DNA from: an uncultured Acidobacteriota bacterium
GTDB lineage: Bacteria > Acidobacteriota > Vicinamibacteria > Vicinamibacterales > 2-12-FULL-66-21
DNA length: 64,000 nucleotides
NCBI GenBank assembly: GCA_963839705.1
Contig: CAWIWL010000008.1
Coordinates: 577,629 to 641,628 of the forward strand
Direction of reading: 5' to 3'
Made by a program: the position numbers and the translations under genes. Below are positions 48,373 to 56,957 of this stretch, piece after piece. The first letter of the stretch is position 1. Each line of letters opens with the position of its first letter. The notes beneath the pieces are model-generated. The model ran no database searches. It saw nothing but the letters and a program-made list of their open reading frames with translations, and was not told the origin of the DNA.

Positions 48373-48957
48373 CTACTTGGCTGTGAAGACGAAGTAGCCG
48401 ACGCGGTTCTGCTGCCAGCAGGCCTCCGTCTCTTCCTTGCAGAACGGCTGCTCTTCCCCTTTAGCTACAGTGCTCACTCGATCCGCAGTCACTCCGAGGC
48501 TGAGGAGGTAGGCTTTCACCGCGGCGGCGCGGCGGTCAGTGAGCGCGAGGTTGTACTCGTTGGTCCCGCGCGAGTCGGCGTGCCCCTCGACCATCACCTT
48601 CGTGCTCGGACGCTTTTTCAAGTACTCGACATTCTTCTGCAGAATGCCACGCCCCGCCTCAGTGATGACGATCGAGTCGTAAGCGAAATAGACCGGCTTG
48701 AGCACTCCGCTCTTCGTGAGCTCGTCCGGTGTCGCCTTCGCGAAGATCTCGTCCTCGGTTGGCGGCCGCTCGGGCGTAGCCGCCGGCGACGGCGGTGGTG
48801 TCGGAGGAGGCGGTGGCGGGGGCGTAGTGGGCTTCTCAATGTTCGGAGGCGGCGGAGCCGGCGCCGCCGCAGGGGGCTTCTTGCCGCACGCTCCCGCCGC
48901 GAGCGCACACACGAGCAACGCCACAGCACTTGATCGAAAGCTCAAAATCATCACCAT
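48373..48957 (-). CDS. pal: peptidoglycan-associated lipoprotein (OmpA family)
   Basis: Signal/lipobox-like LLVCALAAGACG and a Pro-rich linker. OmpA_C domain (VYFAYDS...L..N...L......V.VEGHADSRGTNEYNLALTDRRA). I prefer the ATG at 48957, preceded by GAGGAG. Confidence 0.85.
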   Translation of the reverse strand: MVMILSFRSSAVALLVCALAAGACGKKPPAAAPAPPPPNIEKPTTPPPPPPPTPPPSPAATPERPPTEDEIFAKATPDELTKSGVLKPVYFAYDSIVITEAGRGILQKNVEYLKKRPSTKVMVEGHADSRGTNEYNLALTDRRAAAVKAYLLSLGVTADRVSTVAKGEEQPFCKEETEACWQQNRVGYFVFTAK

Positions 48958-49030
48958 CGTCTCCTCGGAGTAAGATGTCGATTGCCGTCCCAACGGCAAT
49001 CACCGTTCATTTGCTCGCCAACACACGTTC

Positions 49031-49768
49031 ATGGACAGATTGCTCGAAGCCACGGCCCGCGCCGAACGGGACCATTTCTGGTTTCACGGATTCCGTCGCT
49101 TCGTCACGCCGCTGCTCGAGCGCGCCACCGCCGGCCGCCGCGATCCGCTGATCCTCGATTGCGGCTGCGGCACCGGCAACAACCTGACGATGCTGCGCCG
49201 CTACGGCCGCGCCTGCGGTATCGACATCACGTGGAGTGGACTCGCCTACGCACGCGGCCGCGGCGAAAAACGCGTGGCACGTGCCTCCGCAACTCGACTG
49301 CCGTTCCCGGCCGGCCAATTCGACCTGGTCACCTCGTTCGACGTTCTCTACGCCTTCGACGACGAGATGGAGCGGGACGCGCTCAATGAGATGTATCGGG
49401 TGTTGCGGCCAGGAGGACAGATCATCATCAACGTTGCCGCACTAAAAGTTTTGACCGGGAACCATTCCGTCCTCGGCGGAGAGGTCCGGCGCTATCAGCG
49501 CACCGAGCTCCGGGACCATCTGACCAGGACGGGCTTCACGGTTCTGCGCATCACTTACACAAATTTCACACTCCTGCCCATCGTCGCCGGCGTCCGCTTC
49601 GCCCAGCGCATCGCCGGACACCAGGAGTCGACCTCGGAGCTGACGGTTCCCTCCAGGCCCGTCAACCTGGCGCTCACGGGCCTCCTGGCGCTCGAGTCCG
49701 CCGCGCTGAAGGTCGCCAACATGCCGCTCGGGAGCTCGTTACTGGCGCTGGCGAGGAAACCGGACTGA
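49031..49768 (+). CDS. class I SAM-dependent methyltransferase
   Basis: The ILDCGCGTGNN motif I, then DLVTSFDVLY, and LRPGGQIIINV. Confidence 0.8.
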   Translation: MDRLLEATARAERDHFWFHGFRRFVTPLLERATAGRRDPLILDCGCGTGNNLTMLRRYGRACGIDITWSGLAYARGRGEKRVARASATRLPFPAGQFDLVTSFDVLYAFDDEMERDALNEMYRVLRPGGQIIINVAALKVLTGNHSVLGGEVRRYQRTELRDHLTRTGFTVLRITYTNFTLLPIVAGVRFAQRIAGHQESTSELTVPSRPVNLALTGLLALESAALKVANMPLGSSLLALARKPD

Positions 49769-52039
49769 CTATTTTGCTTCCACCCTAAGCGAATACACCC
49801 GCACGGCCAGCTTGCGCCGGTCGGCGGTACCCTCTTTTTCGCCGGCCACGAAGCTGCGATCCGAGGTGAGGACGATGCGGCCATCGGCGGCGGTGAGCGC
49901 CTCGGCGGGAATGGGGACCTCGGTCGTGAAGTCGGCGCTAGGCGCGATCTCCGACAGCACGCGGTCGCCTACGCTGACGCGCACCCGTGCCGGCTGGTCG
50001 AAGTAGCGAAGCGGTGACTCGCCCCTCAGCTGCATCACAACCGCCCTGCCGGCGTGGTGGACACGGACGACCGCGCGCTCGCTCATCCAGCGCCACGATT
50101 GCGCCGTTCGAGGGTTGTATTCGGGCTCGTACCAGCCCTCGTCGAAGCCGAACTGGACACGGTCCGGCGGCTGCAGGTTGAACTGCTCGATCGCGACGGG
50201 TGGCCCGGAGACGTCTCGAAGTGGTTGGCCAGTGCCGCCACCGGGCCTCAGAGTGCGGACCGTAAGCTTCGCGTAGAGTCCCTCCCCCGCCAGGGCGGCC
50301 GCGGGCACGGGCACGAAATTCAGAAAGAATCCCGGGGCCACCACCATCGTGGTGAGCGGGCGATCGTCGAGGCTGACGACGAGACTGACCGGCGGATCGC
50401 CGCCGAGGTGGCGGCCGCCAATCATCATAATCACGTCCGTCGCACGGCGTCGAACCCAGCCAATGCTCGGCTTGAGGTGCGGTCCATAACCGTCCCGTCC
50501 AGCGATGCCAGCGGTCTCTGGCGTCAGCGCCCAGCCCTGCTCGAGAAACCACCCCGGCTCGCTCAGGACGTGCCAGTCCATTTCATCCGGCCTTGCGCCG
50601 CCAACGTAGACGGCGCCGTTGAACGGCCAGCGATACGGGCGCGCACGCGCATGCGCCTGATCGATCAGAGCCAGGTCGGTCCGTCGTGGGTCGGCGACGA
50701 ACCATGTTTCACCGTCGTGGCCCTCCCGCCAGGCGCGCGTCATCTCCAGCCACTCGTAGTCACGCGGAGTCGGCAGCACCTTCCCCGGCACGTCGCCGTC
50801 ATAGACCCGCGCACGTCTGGACTCGGTGAATACGCGCCGGTGCATGCCGACGACCGGCCGGGCGCCGCGAGCCTGGAGCATGCGCATTTCCGAGAGAAGT
50901 TCGAAAGTGGGGCTCGGGGTCCGGCCATAGGCCCTCACGGCGGGCACGACCAGAACAAGGCTGACGCCGGCGAGCGCAACAGCTGCGATCCCGCCCGCAC
51001 GTACGTCGGCTTCGGTCAGCACCACGGCCGTGAGATACGCCAGCAGCGGCACGAGCGGCAGCGCGTAGCGAATCGTGTGAGTCTCCTGGAAGAGGAGGTG
51101 AAAGACCGCGTAGGGTCCGAAAACCAGAGCGAGGATGACCAGCGCGCGCGGCGAGCGCAAGAGCAGGACGGCGGCCCCGGCCGCTGCGAAGACCAGCATG
51201 ACGCCAGCCAGGATTGGCGAGTCCCAGGGTCGAACGAAGGTCTGCAGGATGGCAGCCACTGCGTCCCGCGGCGTCGGGTGCGTCCAGAGCATCGCGACCC
51301 CGGAGAAATCCTCGCCGGCCTGGCTGCCGAGCGCCTCGAGGTATCGCCGTGGCCCGCCGCTGAACCAGATGAGCGGCAGCGCCCAAGCGGCGACACCCGC
51401 GGCAGCCGACGCTATCGCCTGGACGCGGACGCGCGACACCATGACGATGACCCACAGGAGCAGGGGCATCGTGAGGATCGCCATCTGCGACCGGAACCCG
51501 ATCGACAGGCCGGCTAGAAAGGCGCCGGCCATGACCCACCGTGGAGTAAGGTCCCGGCTTTCTGAAGGCGTCAAAAAATCGAGATCTGCGCCGCGGGCTA
51601 GTGCTGCCAGTGCCGCCCATGCTGCGGTCAGGCCGGCCAGATCCGAAAGGGGGCGTGCGGCAGTGAACCAGAAGAGCGGGCAGCAGACGGTCAAGAGCGT
51701 TGCAATCGCAGCGCGGCGCTCGCCACCCTCTCCGCTCAGCCGGCGGAAGAAGGCGAAGAGTAGCAGCGGCAGGACGCCTGCGGTGAGCGCGCTCCAGATC
51801 GCCAGTCCGCGCACTTCGGGCGCCGTGACGCCCGCACGTGCGAGCACGAACGTGCCCAGCTTTCCGAGCGCGATGTAGATCGGGTAGCCTGGCGGATGGG
51901 GCTGATGATGGGCGACGTCGAATTGCCGCACGCCCAGCGCGAAGTTGACCGAGTCGAGGTCCTCGAGCGTCGGTGGCAGCACGGCCAGATGCGCCGCAAG
52001 CGATACGACCGCGAGCAGGCCGACGAAGGTGCGCGCCAA
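49769..52039 (-). CDS. DUF2723-type (PMT/ArnT-like fold) polytopic membrane transferase with a ~350-aa extracytoplasmic C-terminal domain
   Basis: LEDLDSVNFALGVRQFDVAHHQPHPPGYPIYIALGK near the N-terminus and more than 10 TM spans. The TTG at 52039 starts 1 nt after the larE-like stop; the ORF-track start at 52102 would overlap by 62 nt. Confidence 0.65.
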   Translation of the reverse strand: MARTFVGLLAVVSLAAHLAVLPPTLEDLDSVNFALGVRQFDVAHHQPHPPGYPIYIALGKLGTFVLARAGVTAPEVRGLAIWSALTAGVLPLLLFAFFRRLSGEGGERRAAIATLLTVCCPLFWFTAARPLSDLAGLTAAWAALAALARGADLDFLTPSESRDLTPRWVMAGAFLAGLSIGFRSQMAILTMPLLLWVIVMVSRVRVQAIASAAAGVAAWALPLIWFSGGPRRYLEALGSQAGEDFSGVAMLWTHPTPRDAVAAILQTFVRPWDSPILAGVMLVFAAAGAAVLLLRSPRALVILALVFGPYAVFHLLFQETHTIRYALPLVPLLAYLTAVVLTEADVRAGGIAAVALAGVSLVLVVPAVRAYGRTPSPTFELLSEMRMLQARGARPVVGMHRRVFTESRRARVYDGDVPGKVLPTPRDYEWLEMTRAWREGHDGETWFVADPRRTDLALIDQAHARARPYRWPFNGAVYVGGARPDEMDWHVLSEPGWFLEQGWALTPETAGIAGRDGYGPHLKPSIGWVRRRATDVIMMIGGRHLGGDPPVSLVVSLDDRPLTTMVVAPGFFLNFVPVPAAALAGEGLYAKLTVRTLRPGGGTGQPLRDVSGPPVAIEQFNLQPPDRVQFGFDEGWYEPEYNPRTAQSWRWMSERAVVRVHHAGRAVVMQLRGESPLRYFDQPARVRVSVGDRVLSEIAPSADFTTEVPIPAEALTAADGRIVLTSDRSFVAGEKEGTADRRKLAVRVYSLRVEAK

Positions 52040-52040
52040 A

Positions 52041-52896
52041 TCAGATCGGACGTAGGCGGAGCGCGTCGTTGAGGCTGCCGAGGCGATAGCCGCGCAGGTC
52101 AAGCGTCACGTGCCGGTAACCGAGCGCGCGCAGCGCGACGTCAATGGCATCCGCCACGTCCGGCTCGAGCGCCCGCGCCATCTCGTCACGACCGATCTCG
52201 AGCCGCGCCATGGGATCGGTGTCCCCATGATGCCGAACGCGACACACCCGAAACCCGTGGTCACGCAGGATCGCTTCCGCTTGCTCGATCATCCGCAGCT
52301 TGTCGTCGGTGACTTCGCTGAAATACGGGATGCGGGACGACAAGCACGCCGACGCGGGCTCGTCCCACGTGGGCAATCCGGCCCGGTGCGACAACTCGCG
52401 AATCTCCGCCTTGGTCAGGCCGACCGCGTCGAGCGGACTGACGACGCCGAATTCCTTCGCGGCCTGGCGTCCGGGACGGTAGTCCCCGCGGTCATCGGCG
52501 TTGCTTCCGTCGGCGATCGTGGGAATTCCGCGCGCGCGGGCGATCGCGGAGAGATGCGTGTAGAGCTCGTGCTTGCAGAAATAACACCGGTTGGCGGGAT
52601 TGGCGCGGTACTCGCGGCCGCTCCATCTCGTTGGTGTGGATGATCTCGTGCTCGAAGCGGAACTCGGAGGCGATCTGCCGCGCGAAGGACCGATGGCGCT
52701 CGGGATAGCTGGGGCTGTCGGCGGTGATGCAGAGCGCCTGCCGTCCCAGAACGCGCGTGGCGGCCCAGGCGAGGTAGGCGCTGTCGACGCCGCCGCTGTA
52801 GGCGACGATCAGAGCCGGCCAGGCCGCCAGGGTGGCGAACAGCGCCTGCTCTTTGAGGTCTTCCCTCCCGAGGTCGGGTACCGCTGCTTCAATCAC
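52041..52896 (-). pseudogene. PP-loop ATP pyrophosphatase, LarE/TIGR00268-like, frame broken by a 1-nt insertion (possibly an assembly error)
   Basis: The 5' ORF has LIVAYSGGVDSAYLA (SGGxDS PP-loop) ...HEIIHTNEMERP. The 3' frame has (E)YRANPANRCYFCKHELYTHLSAIARARGIPTIADGSNADDRGDYRPG...SACLSSRIPY. The frames switch within 52607-52616. Confidence 0.8.
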
Positions 52897-52952
52897 AGGT
52901 CTTCGATCACAGGCCTCGGGAGCTCAGGCCCTGGAAAGCTCGGGCCCCCTGG

Positions 52953-53219
52953 TCACTCTTCCCAATCCTCCCCGTTCGCATCGTCGTCCACGTCGTCTTC
53001 GTCGTCTAGTTCGGCATCGTCATCGTCGTCTTTCACGTCGTCGTCGTCATCGTCATCGTCGTCGTCATCATCGTCTTCGTCGACCGCTTCGAGCTCGACG
53101 GGAGAAGTCGTGGTCACTTCGAGATTGGATCCGCACTCGGGGCAGCTAATCAGATCGCCCTTGTCGACGTCGAACTCGTCGATCTCGATTTCGGCATCAC
53201 ATTCGGGACAGGTGGCCAT
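52953..53219 (-). CDS. LysW-like zinc-ribbon amino-group carrier protein with an extended poly-Asp linker
   Basis: MATCPECDAEIEIDEFDVDKGDLISCPECGSNLEVTTTSPVELE, then ~40 acidic residues ending GEDWEE. This matches the LysW architecture (CxxC...CxxC ribbon and acidic tail ending EDWGE, as I recall it). Confidence 0.7.
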   Translation of the reverse strand: MATCPECDAEIEIDEFDVDKGDLISCPECGSNLEVTTTSPVELEAVDEDDDDDDDDDDDDDVKDDDDDAELDDEDDVDDDANGEDWEE

Positions 53220-53395
53220 ACAAACTCCTCAGACTCCTCAAGCTCACGTTCGGACTCAAACGCTCCGATTCCATTTCAACGTACCGACTGGCTCGACGCC
53301 AAGCGATCCCCGCAAGGTTTCGAATTATAGCGAGAACCTGATAGATTCTGCAACGAGCCTAACGCCCGGAAACGCGATAACCGATACCTCCGAGC

Positions 53396-54118
53396 GTGAC
53401 GGCTACCGCTGTGACGACCAACAAGACCGTCATCGTCGCCGACGACACCGCGTTCGTGCGCGACCGCTTCGCTACGGCGCTGCTCGGCGCGGGCCACACA
53501 GCGCTCACCGTCAAGAGCGCCGTCGAACTGCTGGCTCGCGTGCGGTCCGATCTCGCCCGCATCGATCTCATTGTCCTCGATCTTCGGCTGCCGCACGCCG
53601 GCGGAGTGGACCTGGTCCGCTCGATTCGAAAGCTCGACGGGGGAAAACTGCCGATCCTGGTCTTCAGCGGCACGATTGCGACCGCTGAAGAGGTGCGCGA
53701 CCTCGCGGCGCTCGGCGTCTCGGGCTACGTGAACGAGTACAGCGCCGTGCAGCACATCCTGCCGTCGCTCGCGCCGCACCTCTTCCCGGACAACTTCAAC
53801 CGCCGCGGCAGCCCCCGCGTCGTCCTCGGCATCCCGATCAATTATCGCTTCGGCAACACGATCGCCGCCGCGCTGACGCTCAACATCAGCAAGGGCGGCC
53901 TCGCCATCCGCACCATGAGCCCGCTGCAGCAGGACACCAAGCTTCGCGCCCGCTTCCGTCTGCCTGGGTCGAAGCGCGACATCGAAGCCGAATCCCGTGT
54001 CGCGTGGAGCGACCGCCGCGTCGGCATGGGATTGCAGTTCGAGAAAGTCGATCCCGCCGATCAGGCCAAAGTCGACGAGTTCGTCGACCAGCACTTCTTT
54101 TCGAATAGGAAAGCGTAG
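53396..54118 (+). CDS. response regulator receiver + PilZ (c-di-GMP binding) domain protein
   Basis: REC domain: VIVADD...DLIVLDLRLP...ILVFSG. PilZ domain: RRGSPR (RxxxR) and NISKGG (D/NxSxxG). GTG start. Confidence 0.85.
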   Translation: MTATAVTTNKTVIVADDTAFVRDRFATALLGAGHTALTVKSAVELLARVRSDLARIDLIVLDLRLPHAGGVDLVRSIRKLDGGKLPILVFSGTIATAEEVRDLAALGVSGYVNEYSAVQHILPSLAPHLFPDNFNRRGSPRVVLGIPINYRFGNTIAAALTLNISKGGLAIRTMSPLQQDTKLRARFRLPGSKRDIEAESRVAWSDRRVGMGLQFEKVDPADQAKVDEFVDQHFFSNRKA

Positions 54119-54147
54119 TTCGCGTCGAATAGAAAAGCGTAGTTCGC
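54101..54147. repeat. tandem duplication of the last 5 codons plus the stop of the REC-PilZ gene
   Basis: tcgaataggaaagcgtagttcgc (54101-54123) and tcgaatagaaaagcgtagttcgc (54125-54147). Period is 24 nt, so the copy is in frame. Confidence 0.85.
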
Positions 54148-54225
54148 TGCTCGCAGTCCGGTGACTTGTTGGACACCGGGCCCCGATTTATCAACAGCGA
54201 GCCGCGAGCTGCGAGACGCTGAGGC

Positions 54226-56346
54226 CTACTCCCGCAACAGCCTCAAAGCATTCCCAATAACGATGAGCGACGCGCCCATGTCGGCGAGGACGGCCATCCA
54301 GAGCGTGGCGTGGCCGGTGACGGCGAGGATCAGGAAAGCGGCTTTGAGGGCGAGCGAGAAGCCGACGTTCATGCGGATGTTCCGGACGGTCGCGCGGCTG
54401 AGGCGCAGGGCGTAGGGGATCTTCGCCAGCTCGTCGGCCATCAACGCGACGTCGGCGGTCTCGAGCGCCGCGTCGGTGCCGGCGGCGCCCATCGCGATGC
54501 CGACGTCAGCGGCGGCGAGCGCCGGCGCGTCGTTCACGCCATCCCCCACCATCGCGAGTGCGCCGTAGCGGGCCCGCAGCGACTCGACGGCCGCGAGCTT
54601 CTGGTCGGGCAATAGCCCTGCTCGGTAGTCCGAGATCCCCACGCGCGCGGCGAGCGCGCGCGCCGCGAGCTCGTGATCGCCGGTGAGCAGCACGACGTGC
54701 TCGATCCCGTGTCGGCCGAGGATCTCTACCGTGTCCTCGGCGCCTTCGCGCGCCTCGTCGGCCACGCCGATCACACCAATGGCCTGGCCGCCGGCCGCCA
54801 CCACGACCGTGCTTTGTCCGCGCGCGGCCAGCTCCGTCGTCGCGCGCTCCACTTCCGGTCCGGACAAGCCGCGTTGCTCGATCAGGCGGTAGCTTCCGAC
54901 CACGACCACGCGCGCGGCGAGTTGCCCCTGCGCGCCGAGCCCGGGGAGCGCTTCTACGCCATCGACTCGCGTCAGCGTGACGCCGTCGGCCGCCGCGCGC
55001 TCGACGATGGCACGGCCGATTGGATGTTCGGAGTGGCTTTCGAGCGATGCCGCGAGCGCGAGGATTTCGGCCGGCTGCGCGCCATTGAGCGGCACGATGT
55101 CGGTCACCCTCAGACGGCCCCTGGTCAGCGTGCCGGTCTTGTCGAACGCCACACAGCGCACGGCGGCGAGGCGCTCGAGCCGCGCGCCGCCCTTGATGAG
55201 CACGCCCTTCCGCGCCGCGGCGGCGAGCGCCGACACGATGGACACCGGCGTCGATATGACGAGCGCGCACGGGCACGAGATGACGAGCAGCACGAGCGAG
55301 CGGTAGATCCAGGCACTCCACGCGCCGCCGAGAAGGAGCGGCGGGACGACGGCGATCGCCACGGCCAGCACGAGTACGATGGGGGTGTAGACGCGCGCGA
55401 AGCGGTCGACGAATGTCTGGCTCGGCGCGCGCTGCGCCTGCGCGCGCTCCACGAGGTGGATGATCCGCGCCAGCGTCGAGTCCCGACGCAGCCGCGTCAC
55501 CTGCACATCGAGAACGCCGCGACCGTTTATCGCGCCGCCGAAGACCTCGGCGCCAGACGACTTGTACACCGGCACGGACTCCCCGGTGATCGGCGCCTGG
55601 TTGACGTGACTCTCGCCGGCGTGGACCTGCCCATCGAGGGGAATCTTCTCTCCCGGCCGGACCACCACGATGTCGCCGACGGTCACCGAATCAATCGGGA
55701 TGGTGCGCTCGGATCCATCCCGCCGGACCAGCGCTTCGGCCGGCGCAAGATCCATCAGCGCCCGAATCGCGCCGCGCGCCCGCTCCATCGCGCGTGATTC
55801 GAGCACCTGGGCGAGCGCGAACAGGAACACCACCGAAGCGCCCTCGGCCCAGTCGCCCAACGCGATGGCGCCGGCGACCGCGACCATCATCAGCACGTGG
55901 ATGTCGAGACGGCGGGCAACAAGCGATGTCCAGGCGCGGCGGGCCGTCTGCGTGCCGGCCAGAACCACCGACGCGGCATACAGCATCAACCAGAAAAGCG
56001 GAGCCGCACCGCGCAATTGAAGAACAAGACCGAGCCCGAGGAACACGCCAGAAAGGAGGACCAGCCGCTCGCGCCAAACTGACGACGAAGCTGGCCGCGG
56101 CTCCTCGTGTTCGAGCCACGCGCGCATGCCCGTCTGAGCGACGGCCTCGGCGATACGCGAGGTGGTCAGCTTCGCGGCGTCGTACTGGATCCGAAGGCGC
56201 TGGCCAACCACGTCGGCATCAAACGCCTCGAGCCCCGTCAGCGTCTTCAGGCGGTGCTCGAGAATCGCGACTTCCTCGTGGCAGTCCATCCCCTCGATCT
56301 TGAAGACAGACTCGGCATGCAGTTCGCAAACAGGACACTCAGCCAT
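54226..56346 (-). CDS. heavy-metal translocating P1B-type ATPase (Zn/Cd/Pb-type)
   Basis: N-terminal CPVC plus GMDCHEEV metal-binding domain, TM CPC motif (SCPCALVISTP), DKTGTLT, and GDGVNDAPAL. Confidence 0.9.
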   Translation of the reverse strand: MAECPVCELHAESVFKIEGMDCHEEVAILEHRLKTLTGLEAFDADVVGQRLRIQYDAAKLTTSRIAEAVAQTGMRAWLEHEEPRPASSSVWRERLVLLSGVFLGLGLVLQLRGAAPLFWLMLYAASVVLAGTQTARRAWTSLVARRLDIHVLMMVAVAGAIALGDWAEGASVVFLFALAQVLESRAMERARGAIRALMDLAPAEALVRRDGSERTIPIDSVTVGDIVVVRPGEKIPLDGQVHAGESHVNQAPITGESVPVYKSSGAEVFGGAINGRGVLDVQVTRLRRDSTLARIIHLVERAQAQRAPSQTFVDRFARVYTPIVLVLAVAIAVVPPLLLGGAWSAWIYRSLVLLVISCPCALVISTPVSIVSALAAAARKGVLIKGGARLERLAAVRCVAFDKTGTLTRGRLRVTDIVPLNGAQPAEILALAASLESHSEHPIGRAIVERAAADGVTLTRVDGVEALPGLGAQGQLAARVVVVGSYRLIEQRGLSGPEVERATTELAARGQSTVVVAAGGQAIGVIGVADEAREGAEDTVEILGRHGIEHVVLLTGDHELAARALAARVGISDYRAGLLPDQKLAAVESLRARYGALAMVGDGVNDAPALAAADVGIAMGAAGTDAALETADVALMADELAKIPYALRLSRATVRNIRMNVGFSLALKAAFLILAVTGHATLWMAVLADMGASLIVIGNALRLLRE

Positions 56347-56354
56347 GCCCCGAC

Positions 56355-56783
56355 CTACTCCTCAACGTGCGTCAGTGCCTGCTTCAGCAGCTCGATGATG
56401 TGGTGATCGTCGAGGGCGTAGAAGACCAACCGTCCCGACCGGCGCGGGCGCACGAGACGCATCCCGCGGAGCAGGCGCAACTGGTGGGATACGGCTGATT
56501 CGCTGATGCCGGCAAGCGAGGCGATGTCGCAGACGCACAGCTCGCCGCCCGACAACGCGTCGAGGATCCGCACGCGCGTCGGATCGCCAAGCACGCGAAA
56601 CGTCTCGGCCAGGGCCTCGACGGCGTGTGGGGACATCAGCTGCCGCCGACGCGCCTCACTGGGGGCGAGATGCGGGGCGCTGCAGGCGTCGTCGCCGATG
56701 GCGGCGGAACCAGGGGCAACCGAAACTGCCGCGGTTGCGCCTGATCCGGACGCAGGAAATGGTTTTTTGAGGGCTTGCATCAT
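56355..56783 (-). CDS. ArsR/SmtB family metalloregulator
   Basis: LGDPTRVRILDALSGGELCVCDIASLAGISESAVSHQLRLLR (ELCVCD sensing motif plus wHTH). I prefer the ATG at 56783 because the operator-like palindrome sits immediately upstream. Confidence 0.85.
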   Translation of the reverse strand: MMQALKKPFPASGSGATAAVSVAPGSAAIGDDACSAPHLAPSEARRRQLMSPHAVEALAETFRVLGDPTRVRILDALSGGELCVCDIASLAGISESAVSHQLRLLRGMRLVRPRRSGRLVFYALDDHHIIELLKQALTHVEE

Positions 56784-56787
56784 ATGA

Positions 56788-56811
56788 ATGTATGAGCAGA
56801 TGTTCAGGTAT
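56788..56811. promoter_or_regulatory. candidate ArsR/SmtB operator (imperfect 12-2-12 type inverted repeat)
   Basis: Minus strand ATACCTGAACA-TC-TGCTCATACAT. The core TGAACA/TGCTCA resembles the TGAACA-N2-TGTTCA operators of this family. Confidence 0.45.
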
Positions 56812-56826
56812 AGTATAGCGCACTCC

Positions 56827-56856
56827 TTGACACGTTTTTCCGCGTCTCGGTAGGAT
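56827..56856 (+). promoter_or_regulatory. candidate sigma-70 type promoter for the ABC transporter operon
   Basis: TTGACA (56827-56832), an 18-nt spacer, then TAGGAT (56851-56856), ~100 nt upstream of the GTG at 56958. Confidence 0.3.
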
Positions 56857-56957
56857 TCCAAGGATCGGTCTGTAATCGGCTTTTCTGACTACATGTTACG
56901 CAACGTGACCCGGGCGCCGGCCCCAAGGCCCGCGTCCCGCTACAGCTGGAGTGGTTT

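Noticed and set aside
52591-53688. 365-aa plus-strand ORF with a long poly-Ser tract
   Set aside because: The poly-Ser tract is the reverse-complement reading of the poly-Asp run of the LysW-like gene. The flanks are antisense to the larE-like gene and out of frame with REC-PilZ.
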